Virus record (IMG/VR): IMGVR_UViG_3300043442_000183
Span: 1-37,240 of that record
Source: a virus
Taxonomy: Duplodnaviria > Caudoviricetes
Direction: 5' to 3' (one strand)
DNA length: 37,240 nt
This document shows, in pieces, positions 28,208 to 35,509 of the stretch. The notes beneath the pieces were generated by a model that was given only the letters and a program-made list of their open reading frames with translations, searched no databases and was not told the origin of the DNA. Position 1 is the first letter of the stretch. Every line of letters begins with the position of its first letter. The translations under genes and the position numbers were made by a program.

Positions 28208-28496
28208 GGCGAGGACACTAGCTGCGGTAAAGCAGTCGGTGTACTACCGTAACTATCGACGAGCAAGGGACCGAGCACTGGTACGTCTAGCTCAAGCGCA
28301 TCCCGACGATTATCGAACTTTGTTCGAGGAGGAGAGAGCAAGAGATGAAGCAGAAGGTAAGACTTGGACTAGCAGCGGTACTTCTATCATTCCCCCTGAT
28401 GATGGTCGGGTTAGACCACGCACGCACACCATACTTAGACGCATCGAAACCAACAGTAATAAAGAGAATGAAAGCAACGTGGGAGGAGAAGCGTGA
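28194..28496 (+). CDS. Hypothetical protein (YRRARDRALVRL motif)
   Basis: GGAGG RBS; the 3' half overlaps the SLT gene. Confidence 0.6.
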   Translation: MNEDKARTLAAVKQSVYYRNYRRARDRALVRLAQAHPDDYRTLFEEERARDEAEGKTWTSSGTSIIPPDDGRVRPRTHTILRRIETNSNKENESNVGGEA

Positions 28497-28767
28497 AAAT
28501 AAAAGGACCGCAAAAGAATATGCTTGGGTTGCGTTTGGTTGGAGAGGACGAGAATGGGAATGCCTTCTCGCTTTATGGACCAAAGAGAGCAGGTTTGACC
28601 ACTACGCCCAGAACCCAGCAAGCTCAGCTTTCGGAATTGCTCAACTCCTTGGAGAGAGAAGTCGAAAGCCTGAACTCCAAATACTGCGAGGCTTACGTTA
28701 CATTGGTGAGCGTTATGGAACACCTTGCAAGGCTTACAAGTTTGCTCTTACCCACAAACACTACTAA
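28345..28767 (+). CDS. Lytic transglycosylase (SLT-like) with N-terminal signal/anchor
   Basis: WECL..LW.KES...A.NP.SSAFGIAQLL...QI.RGLRYI..RYGTPC motif. Confidence 0.85.
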   Translation: MKQKVRLGLAAVLLSFPLMMVGLDHARTPYLDASKPTVIKRMKATWEEKRENKRTAKEYAWVAFGWRGREWECLLALWTKESRFDHYAQNPASSAFGIAQLLGERSRKPELQILRGLRYIGERYGTPCKAYKFALTHKHY

Positions 28768-28770
28768 GAT
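28742..28770 (+). promoter_or_regulatory. Putative promoter for the sRNA
   Basis: TTGCTC (28742-47), 17 nt, TAAGAT (28765-70); no ORF downstream on this strand before the terminator. Confidence 0.5.
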
Positions 28771-28775
28771 AGAGG

Positions 28776-28848
28776 ATTACTGATACCCCTTCGTCAGTAA
28801 TAGATAACCCCGCAGGCCAAGAGTGCTAACTGCGGGGTTATTTTATTT
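28776..28848 (+). ncRNA. Putative small regulatory RNA with an anti-SD loop
   Basis: Hairpin ATTACTGA/TCAGTAAT with loop TACCCCTTCG, followed by a 12-bp terminator hairpin and T-rich tail. Confidence 0.5.
28804..28848 (+). terminator. Intrinsic terminator at the early/replication operon convergence
   Basis: ATAACCCCGCAG-N14-CTGCGGGGTTAT-TTTATTT. Confidence 0.8.
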
Positions 28849-29022
28849 ATCGGTGGAGTAAAAGCCGCTACCTTTGAAGTGGGTCGGAGGTGATTCCCAC
28901 TTGCGGGAAAGAGTAGTACCGCATTCTTTGGTAGGGCAGTCATACTCCACTTCGATGTCGTGGATGCTGCGAATAACGAGGAGGACGTTACCGCAAGCTG
29001 GACATTCATATTCATATTTCAT
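28843..29022 (-). CDS. FmdB-family zinc ribbon protein (59 aa)
   Basis: Read by hand: MKYEYECPACG...CPTKEC...FKGSGFYSTDK; ATGA overlap with the sigma gene. Confidence 0.85.
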   Translation of the reverse strand: MKYEYECPACGNVLLVIRSIHDIEVEYDCPTKECGTTLSRKWESPPTHFKGSGFYSTDK

Positions 29023-29651
29023 TGGTAAGGACTTTCGCCACCGAGATTATTCTGTAATCTGCGTAGAGAGTTCTGACACCTACGATCAGCAGTAGAGACG
29101 GCGCACTCTAGGTAGTTAGCTAACTCTTGGAGAGTAAGGTTCTCGTGGTATCTCTTGATGAGAATATCTTTATCCATCACATCTAGTTTGAGGTATGCCT
29201 TTTTGATGTCAATGAGCGTGGCGAGGAGGTTGCCACCTTCAGCAGGAGCAGACTGCTTCTTTGGTTGCCCATCGTTGATGAGGTTCTGTGCCTGCTCTAA
29301 CACTGTGTTATCTACAACGGAGGCGATGACGTGGGGTAAGAGTTGGGCGATGACGACAGTATCGTAGAAGGCTTCGTCCCCTGGTTTATATCCTGTACGC
29401 ACAGCCTTTTCTTTGCGAGCGTAGCGTTCAGCACTGCGCTTCATCTGCCACGCGATACGCTTCTCGTTGATGATACGCTGGACTGTGTTCTCTTCATTCA
29501 ATAGGCTATCAAGGTGAGCCACTCGTGAGAGGTACCACGAATAGCACTCTTGTACTACATCATCTCTATCAACATAGCCACGAAACCTACGCACGATGAC
29601 GTTGGCTACGCTGGCTGTGATGTCAGGTATTGAGGGGTGAAGTTCGCTCAT
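29019..29651 (-). CDS. Sigma-70/ECF-like RNA polymerase sigma factor
   Basis: Region 2-like DRDDVVQE and region 4 HTH (RYHENLTLQELANYLECAVSTADRR...LRRL). Confidence 0.78.
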   Translation of the reverse strand: MSELHPSIPDITASVANVIVRRFRGYVDRDDVVQECYSWYLSRVAHLDSLLNEENTVQRIINEKRIAWQMKRSAERYARKEKAVRTGYKPGDEAFYDTVVIAQLLPHVIASVVDNTVLEQAQNLINDGQPKKQSAPAEGGNLLATLIDIKKAYLKLDVMDKDILIKRYHENLTLQELANYLECAVSTADRRCQNSLRRLQNNLGGESPYQ

Positions 29652-29760
29652 TGGCTCTCTTATTCATCTCTTCAACGTAACGGGCAGCCTTTAGTCTTTT
29701 CGCTTCTGCTATCTTTTTCCTGCGTAACGCAGCCTTGTACCACGAATGCTTCTCAGCCAT
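29623..29760 (-). CDS. Small basic hypothetical protein
   Basis: Start MAEKHSWY at 29760 behind GAGGT. Confidence 0.55.
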   Translation of the reverse strand: MAEKHSWYKAALRRKKIAEAKRLKAARYVEEMNKRANERTSPLNT

Positions 29761-29908
29761 TCTTACCTCTGACAATCTGAGCAGCACGATAAAAAGTTTT
29801 AGCACGAACCGCTGTGTCATTGAAGTTGTACTCGTCACTTATCATTGCATTGGTAGCCTGTTGCTCTAGTTCCAAGGCTATCTGCTCTCTGATTTCTTGC
29901 TCAGTCAT
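29753..29908 (-). CDS. Small hypothetical protein (EIREQIA...AAQIVRG family)
   Basis: Start MTEQEIRE at 29908. Confidence 0.6.
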   Translation of the reverse strand: MTEQEIREQIALELEQQATNAMISDEYNFNDTAVRAKTFYRAAQIVRGKNG

Positions 29909-30317
29909 TTGGTAACTCAGGCCACTTGTTATCAAGGACAAGGATTGCAATAGCAGCATAGTTCATCAGGTCAATGAAGGAATCCCTCAAGGATTCGTTG
30001 CTTGGTGCAACTCCTGAATCAAGGAGATTATTGATCCTGGCAGTCTTATCCCACATTCGTACACGCAGTCCGTTGAGTGGTCCACCTGGACTGTGAGCGA
30101 TGTTCTTCGGACCGTAATCGTGATGTTTTCTAAGCAGGAGGGAACCTGCGGTATCATAGATTCGCCAGACATCTTCGACAAACTGCCCACTTACTTTCTT
30201 ATTGGAATCGGTTGACAAGTAATAGTCCCAGCCTTGTAATCTATCGCTACTATTATCATCCCCATATCCATCAATAATCTGGCTGCCTCTTGGAGATCCT
30301 TTTTCTTGCTCACTCAC
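29901..30317 (-). CDS. DUF1599 / nucleotide modification associated domain 1 protein
   Basis: KHHDYG..NI...VRMWDK.ARI.NL...ESLRDSFIDLMNYA motif. Confidence 0.8.
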   Translation of the reverse strand: MSEQEKGSPRGSQIIDGYGDDNSSDRLQGWDYYLSTDSNKKVSGQFVEDVWRIYDTAGSLLLRKHHDYGPKNIAHSPGGPLNGLRVRMWDKTARINNLLDSGVAPSNESLRDSFIDLMNYAAIAILVLDNKWPELPND

Positions 30318-30958
30318 TTGACTCCTCCTACTAGGTTGGCTGTTGCTTCTTTACCATTCACCAGATAAAAGTCTGTGATGTCCATACCTGGTGGTAATTG
30401 TACTATTTGTGAGTTTAGAACCTCACCTGCGACACGCCTAGAGAACTCTGCCCCAGGATTAGTGCCATCTTCTTTCACATCATTGTCTCCAAGAATATAC
30501 ACAACATCAAAGCCACCGAATAACTTTGGATAGAAAGGCTTCCACGCCGCTACTCCTGGTACTCCTACTGCTGGTACACCTACGACTGCATCCATAATGA
30601 TTGCATCAAACTCACCCTCGCAGATAACGATGCTCTTAGTTGCAGACATTGTAGCTACAACGTTGAACAGGTGAGTCTTCTGCCCTACTGGTGAACCATA
30701 CTTAGGCTTTCCATCATCTAATCTTCTGAACTTGAAACCTACACAGATGTCTAACGCTGTGAAGTATGGAATAGAAATCCATCCCTCGTATCCTTGATGT
30801 CCCTCTATCGGATCGGTGATAGTACCTAGGCGATAGCGAGCAGCAACCTCTTCAGATATTCCACGTCCTGCGAGGTAGGCTAGGGCCTCGTCGCTTATTG
30901 CCTCCGCGTAATGGTGAGCCGCCTCCTGTAACGATTTCGCCTGCTCTTGCGAGAGCAT
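30314..30958 (-). CDS. DNA primase, catalytic TOPRIM part
   Basis: YL.GRGI, ICEGEFDA and GDND motifs. Confidence 0.88.
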   Translation of the reverse strand: MLSQEQAKSLQEAAHHYAEAISDEALAYLAGRGISEEVAARYRLGTITDPIEGHQGYEGWISIPYFTALDICVGFKFRRLDDGKPKYGSPVGQKTHLFNVVATMSATKSIVICEGEFDAIIMDAVVGVPAVGVPGVAAWKPFYPKLFGGFDVVYILGDNDVKEDGTNPGAEFSRRVAGEVLNSQIVQLPPGMDITDFYLVNGKEATANLVGGVK

Positions 30959-31229
30959 CCTTGAACCCCACATTCTCTAATTCCATAATGACATTGACTG
31001 CATTGCCACCCTTACCACAGGTGTGACAGTAATACAAATTGTTATATGTATCGATGACTGCACTCTTGCGAGAGTCATCGTGCATACAACAGCGCACCGA
31101 TACGTTGCGCCCCTCTTTTACTTCTCCTCCAAAGTGCCTGACTACTTCAGCTATGGAGACTGCGTTCGCATCGGAGCTGGCTTTTGACCTCTTCGTACGA
31201 ACCACCCTGGACCAGTCTTGTGCTGGCAT
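30852..31229 (-). CDS. DNA primase, CHC2 zinc-binding part
   Basis: CCMHDD...YYCHTCGKGG...E.VGFKDAL. Confidence 0.85.
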   Translation of the reverse strand: MPAQDWSRVVRTKRSKASSDANAVSIAEVVRHFGGEVKEGRNVSVRCCMHDDSRKSAVIDTYNNLYYCHTCGKGGNAVNVIMELENVGFKDALARAGEIVTGGGSPLRGGNKRRGPSLPRRTWNI

Positions 31230-31327
31230 CCGCAATCTCCTTCGCAGTTCTGGTGAAACTCCTTAGCCATATCAGTCTTACCGATAGTGTTGTGGTGACC
31301 TGCCCACGCACATTTACTGCAGATCAT
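31151..31327 (-). CDS. Small Cys/His zinc-finger protein (58 aa)
   Basis: Read by hand: MICSKC...H.NC...CGCQH. Confidence 0.65.
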   Translation of the reverse strand: MICSKCAWAGHHNTIGKTDMAKEFHQNCEGDCGCQHKTGPGWFVRRGQKPAPMRTQSP

Positions 31328-31448
31328 CTGCCTTCTTCTTTCTAGTCTTGGGCTTCTCTTCTGCTACTACTTCTTCTTTCGGTTCTTCTACTACCTCTGG
31401 TGTATTCCAGAGTTCACTACTTGTTATCTGTCCTTGTGGTACTGGCAT
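31314..31448 (-). CDS. Small hypothetical protein (44 aa)
   Basis: Read by hand: MPVPQGQITSSELW...KKPKTRKKK; TAATG coupling. Confidence 0.6.
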   Translation of the reverse strand: MPVPQGQITSSELWNTPEVVEEPKEEVVAEEKPKTRKKKADDLQ

Positions 31449-31684
31449 TAGTTTTCATCCTTTTTCCAATAGACAACTTCTTCTACTAATTTTTCAAAGG
31501 CTGTTCTATAACCTTGAACTTGACCACGTAATTCATATATCTCTTGTAGTAAACCAGCGGTTCTATCTACATTCATTTCCATAAGCAAATGCACTTGCTC
31601 TGGAGTATCAGCCTTCTTTACTAGCTCTTCAAGTATACGGTGTCTGTCAACTATATCTTCAGTGTTGCTTTTTCTTCGCATCAC
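31448..31684 (-). CDS. Hypothetical coiled-coil protein
   Basis: 78 aa, AAGGAG RBS, GTGA overlap. Confidence 0.6.
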   Translation of the reverse strand: MMRRKSNTEDIVDRHRILEELVKKADTPEQVHLLMEMNVDRTAGLLQEIYELRGQVQGYRTAFEKLVEEVVYWKKDEN

Positions 31685-32034
31685 TTACTCCTTTGCTCTA
31701 ACCATTGGTCTAGGTCTTGGATTACCCAAGCCTTCTCTACTCCGTGCTGTCTGCGTTTGACTATGACGAAGGCTGGTGGGGTGACGGGTAGTCCACGAGC
31801 CTTCGCATAGTTGGCTGCCTCAGTCTGGGCTTCTGCCCAGAACTGCGGAAGATTGATTGACTTACGGTTCTTACACTCCAGAATATAGGTCTGACCTGCG
31901 ATGATGGTAACGATGTCACCTTCATCATTAGATCCCGCCTTGGCTAGGCGTTCAGCAAAGTGTCCAAGTTTGCGTAAGTATTTCATTACATCCGTCTCAA
32001 ACTTAGATCCCTTGGCTTTGTTATATGAACTCAT
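31681..32034 (-). CDS. Holliday junction resolvase (Hjc-like PD-(D/E)xK)
   Basis: KGSKFE...DEGDI...ILECKN motif. Confidence 0.82.
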   Translation of the reverse strand: MSSYNKAKGSKFETDVMKYLRKLGHFAERLAKAGSNDEGDIVTIIAGQTYILECKNRKSINLPQFWAEAQTEAANYAKARGLPVTPPAFVIVKRRQHGVEKAWVIQDLDQWLEQRSK

Positions 32035-32867
32035 AAAACCCTCGATAGATTTGAGTTATAGACCATCCTGCCGTAAGCATCGCTGTCATTGATATGACAG
32101 GTAGCAAAGTTTACAAAGAGTCCTATGTAATCCTTGCCGTCAGCTTGGTGTTGTCCAAATCGGTTCTTGACTGCTGCAACCCGAAGCGTATGCTCAAACG
32201 GATTGTAGCCAAGAGTAAGTATCATCGCAGGTAACTGACTCACCTTGCCGTGAATAGCACGACGTGCTGGTGGTTCAGTCATATCCTTACCATACTCACT
32301 CTGTTCTGATACGTGGTGCAGAACAAGCACACAGGCTTCTGTCTTGCGTGCCATATCGTGTAGCTCCATCATTATTTGACGTAAGCCTGCCCACTCATTA
32401 TCAGATTCAGCGACGACGTTCATCAGGTTATCTATGACGATCAGTTGTGGACTGATTCCATAGAGTTCAATGTAAGCCTTTACTTCCGCCTCAATATCAT
32501 CAAGGTTCGGTGATGAATCAAAGACCCACTGTATGTGTGATATATCCTGTAGACTCTCATCATAGGCACCAATGTTGATGCTGATTTGATTCTCTACAGT
32601 TTCTTGGGTGTGACCTGCTAGATGTGCCGAAGCACGTAGCATCACAGTTGCAGCGTCAGTATCTGCAGAAAAGAACAGAGTAGGCACCTTGGCCTTGATA
32701 GCATACACAAGAGCGAACATAGACTTTCCAGCATTCGGTGCAGCGGCAACCATACACACTTGACCTCGCCGAAACTTTATGCCCTTTTTGTCTAGGTCTT
32801 TCCACACAGTCGGAAGTGGCTGCGCCAATGTATGGGCAGTCCTCCAAGCGCGGTCTAACCTAAGCAC
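32031..32867 (-). CDS. DnaB-like / RecA-fold helicase
   Basis: Walker A AAPNAGKS, LIVIDNL Walker B, VLHH and VKNRFG motifs; lacks the DnaB N-terminal domain. Confidence 0.85.
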   Translation of the reverse strand: MLRLDRAWRTAHTLAQPLPTVWKDLDKKGIKFRRGQVCMVAAAPNAGKSMFALVYAIKAKVPTLFFSADTDAATVMLRASAHLAGHTQETVENQISINIGAYDESLQDISHIQWVFDSSPNLDDIEAEVKAYIELYGISPQLIVIDNLMNVVAESDNEWAGLRQIMMELHDMARKTEACVLVLHHVSEQSEYGKDMTEPPARRAIHGKVSQLPAMILTLGYNPFEHTLRVAAVKNRFGQHQADGKDYIGLFVNFATCHINDSDAYGRMVYNSNLSRVL

Positions 32868-33120
32868 TTTCCTCCCGTCGTAGAACTATCTTTCTCTGTC
32901 TTCTTATCTGCTTACGCTGGAACTCCGAAAGTCCACCCCAGATTCCGTAACGCTCATTGTGGATTGCCCACTCTGCACAGTCAGCTTGATGGATACACGA
33001 GTTACATATACTTCTAGCGTGTATGGCTTCTTGCGTTGAACCAAGTCCTGGTTCTGGAAACCAGAAGTCGCCACCTGATTGAGCGCAGAGAGGATCCTCG
33101 AATTCACGAGGCTCTCGCAT
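32860..33120 (-). CDS. whiB: WhiB-family transcription regulator
   Basis: Four Cys (C...CxxC....C) and GIWGG turn followed by a basic tail. Confidence 0.95.
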   Translation of the reverse strand: MREPREFEDPLCAQSGGDFWFPEPGLGSTQEAIHARSICNSCIHQADCAEWAIHNERYGIWGGLSEFQRKQIRRQRKIVLRREESA

Positions 33121-33124
33121 TGGG

Positions 33125-33481
33125 TCATCGGACCCAGATAGTCGCGCACTTGTCTACCGCACCTTTAGGTGCAGCACACATATAACCTTTCCAAGGACCC
33201 TTCGCACTTACGCCTTCTTTGTAAGCCATTGGTCCGTGCTTACAGACGTTACCGCCACCTTGTGGCGCAGGTGTAGATGCTACTGGCGCAGCACTACGTA
33301 CGGGCGCAGCATTTCCAGCGCCTCCAAATGATTGACTAACGCTTCCAATGAGGGCAGAAAAGTCTTGCGCTGCGGTAAGCAACGCTTCTAATTCCTCCTT
33401 GTTAGTAGCGTACAAATTGATAAGTGTTCCATCTGGTGCTTTGAAGTTCACCTGGAACTTAGTTGATTCTGGTGCAGCCAT
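33125..33481 (-). CDS. Conserved actinophage protein with C-terminal zinc finger
   Basis: CKHGPM....G.....PWKGYMC......KC motif. Confidence 0.7.
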   Translation of the reverse strand: MAAPESTKFQVNFKAPDGTLINLYATNKEELEALLTAAQDFSALIGSVSQSFGGAGNAAPVRSAAPVASTPAPQGGGNVCKHGPMAYKEGVSAKGPWKGYMCAAPKGAVDKCATIWVR

Positions 33482-34419
33482 TATTTATCTCCAGTCTTCT
33501 TGACGGAAAGCCTTGCGCTTTCCTTCCCTTGTTTCATCGGCACGAAGCCTAGTGCTTTCTCCACTGCTTCCTTGTCGATGGTATTACTCTGAACAGTAGA
33601 CCACTTGATCTCATATCCAGTAGTAGTAACTCCAGTTTTGCCAAGCAACTTATCGCGTAGTGCTTGTTTCTTTTCTTCTAATGTCTTTATCTCGGTGTCA
33701 ATCTGCGTGTAATGTAACGCATCCATTGCGGCCTCGAAGTCATCAATCTGAGGTAACTCAGACTTGGTAAGTCCTTTTTTTATACCAACGCATCCCATCT
33801 CACCAGAGGCATCATAGAACTTGCAGTAGCTGGCACAGTAACTCTCGTGTCTTTCAGGCGCGGGAGCTTCCTGTGTAGTCCGAATAGCTTCTAGCCAATT
33901 CAGAGCCTCTAGTGCGATGGCCTCGTCATATGGTTCAGAGTGAACAAGAATGTCCCGCTCATCTCCGTCACGAGGTATGGCTACTAGGTTGACGTTCTGG
34001 ACCTTCCCCAAGCCAGACTTGTCAATCAGATAACCATAGACTTGTACTTGCCAGCGTTGCTGTTCTGACGGAAAGTAAGAAAGGTTCTTGACTTTCGTAG
34101 TCTTCCAGTCAACGACATCTCCTGTCCCAGGAATGAAGCAATCAACGTGTGCCTTCATACCGCCGTATTCGACAGTCTTCTCCAGAAGTACATCTTGATT
34201 GTTGGCAAGCGCATTCTCTATTGCAGCGTGGATGGCAGTCCCCATAATAGCTGCGAGTTTTACCTCGTTGTCATTGGTTTCAGGTTGACCATTCAACCGA
34301 TACCACACCTTACGTCGACAGCCTCCAAGCTCTGATGGACCGATTTGAACCTGCGTGGACCTGCCGCGCTTGTTCTCTTTCTCGTGAAGAGCCTTTACAA
34401 GTAGTTCTTTTATATCCAT
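33481..34419 (-). CDS. Cas4-like / RecB-family PD-(D/E)xK exonuclease
   Basis: IGPSELGGCRRK, GTAIH, HVD...DWKT, Q...Y and C...C.F motifs; start MDIKELL. Confidence 0.87.
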   Translation of the reverse strand: MDIKELLVKALHEKENKRGRSTQVQIGPSELGGCRRKVWYRLNGQPETNDNEVKLAAIMGTAIHAAIENALANNQDVLLEKTVEYGGMKAHVDCFIPGTGDVVDWKTTKVKNLSYFPSEQQRWQVQVYGYLIDKSGLGKVQNVNLVAIPRDGDERDILVHSEPYDEAIALEALNWLEAIRTTQEAPAPERHESYCASYCKFYDASGEMGCVGIKKGLTKSELPQIDDFEAAMDALHYTQIDTEIKTLEEKKQALRDKLLGKTGVTTTGYEIKWSTVQSNTIDKEAVEKALGFVPMKQGKESARLSVKKTGDK

Positions 34420-34598
34420 CCGTTGCCCTGCCATCTAGTAAGAGTAATGTTGAAGAATAGCAAATTGATTTGCAAAACTCTAGCCAGCATTCGTAATGGC
34501 TGGTAATCATATATCTTGTAGTAATCAAGTCCAATGGACCAGTTATCTGTATGGTGTGCATTGATATGCAACGTCCACACTTTCCAATCTTTTCTCAC
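34410..34598 (-). CDS. Hypothetical protein
   Basis: 62 aa, GTGA overlap with the protease gene. Confidence 0.55.
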   Translation of the reverse strand: MRKDWKVWTLHINAHHTDNWSIGLDYYKIYDYQPLRMLARVLQINLLFFNITLTRWQGNGWI

Positions 34599-35161
34599 GT
34601 TAGCTCCCGTCTCTGAGTAACTAATTGAATCGGAGGGCAGGTATTGATGTCAAGCATTGATGCAATCTCAACAGAGCGTCGGGCGTGTTGCTCTACATTA
34701 CCCACAGTGATACGACCCACGCGGTCATAAAGATAACCAAGAGCAAACTGCCCACCACTACCAAGTCCATAAATAGCGGAGTCCGATTGAATGAACGAGA
34801 GGTCTGTCGCAATATGGAAGAGGTTGCCATCAAACGATATAAGGTAGTCGAACCCTGCATCTTTTTCTTTTGTCGCTTCGTACGGATCATAGCCATTCTC
34901 CTTGAACGCCGTGAGTATAGATGGCAAGACTTTCTTACCCATCCACTGAATCGGATTAGCACCCTTGTAGGTAGGCGGAGTCCAGTTGTACGCAAGGATG
35001 TCACCAGGTCTGGTATCGCCTGTAATGCCTAACAGATACTTACCAACGTGAATAATTTTCGGAGTGGAAGTACTAACAGTCCTGAGATTATCTTCAGTAA
35101 TCTGACTATCAGCAGCTAAGACAACTTGTTCATCAAGTTGGATTCCGATAAGTGTTGTCAT
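34595..35161 (-). CDS. Ntn-hydrolase, HslV/proteasome-beta-like peptidase
   Basis: N-terminal MTT, AADSQ, K, and GSGG.FALG...DINT motifs. Confidence 0.82.
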   Translation of the reverse strand: MTTLIGIQLDEQVVLAADSQITEDNLRTVSTSTPKIIHVGKYLLGITGDTRPGDILAYNWTPPTYKGANPIQWMGKKVLPSILTAFKENGYDPYEATKEKDAGFDYLISFDGNLFHIATDLSFIQSDSAIYGLGSGGQFALGYLYDRVGRITVGNVEQHARRSVEIASMLDINTCPPIQLVTQRRELT

Positions 35162-35167
35162 AGCGGA

Positions 35168-35222
35168 AGGTTACCTCTCATCGGCGTGTCGTCGCGGTAG
35201 CGACACACCAGTTCATTACAAT
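35168..35222. promoter_or_regulatory. Back-to-back promoters around an inverted GACAC pair
   Basis: Minus strand: GACAC, 12 nt, TAACCT, 6 nt, ATG (leaderless). Plus strand: GACAC, 10 nt, TACAAT. Confidence 0.65.
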
Positions 35223-35278
35223 ATGAGCCGTCAGGCGAATTACAGTATGGCCCTCACGGGCCTGTGGAAGTGAGGACA

Positions 35279-35509
35279 GTGTTGTTCCGTCTACTTCGGC
35301 TGCTGAAATATAGCCAAGAGCTTCCACCAATTCAAGCCTCTGACCTACGCGATGTAGGCCCAACTCACCAGTGTGTCTGTGGTTGTACCGTCTTCAACAC
35401 TTATGTCCAGTTTGAGAACTATGAGATAGTTTGGTATGCCTTGGATGTACAATGTGCTAACTGTGGAAACTTACTCAAAGCACCCTGTCCAGTAGATAGA
35501 CCAGAATGA
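35279..35509 (+). CDS. Small zinc-finger protein
   Basis: GPTH.C.CG...C..CG....APCP motif; GAGGA RBS. Confidence 0.7.
   Translation: MLFRLLRLLKYSQELPPIQASDLRDVGPTHQCVCGCTVFNTYVQFENYEIVWYALDVQCANCGNLLKAPCPVDRPE

Noticed and set aside
28821-28829. GAGTGCTAA, the right half of a CIRCE element, in the terminator loop
   Set aside because: The left half TTAGCACTC is absent at the N9 spacing, so it is not a CIRCE operator.
28794-29015. Track ORF of 73 aa on the minus strand
   Set aside because: The real gene is the FmdB-like ORF 28843..29022 in another frame.
29901-30317. DUF1599 plus glycosyltransferase as a DNA hypermodification system
   Set aside because: The genes are 24 kb apart, no base-modifying enzymes are visible, and restriction-site avoidance suggests unmodified DNA.
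33481-34419. Cas4-like gene as evidence of CRISPR-Cas
   Set aside because: Solo Cas4-like nucleases are common in phage replication modules, and no array is present.
35223-35273. 16-aa ORF MSRQANYSMALTGLWK
   Set aside because: Its ATG abuts the -10 element and lies upstream of the likely transcription start; no RBS.
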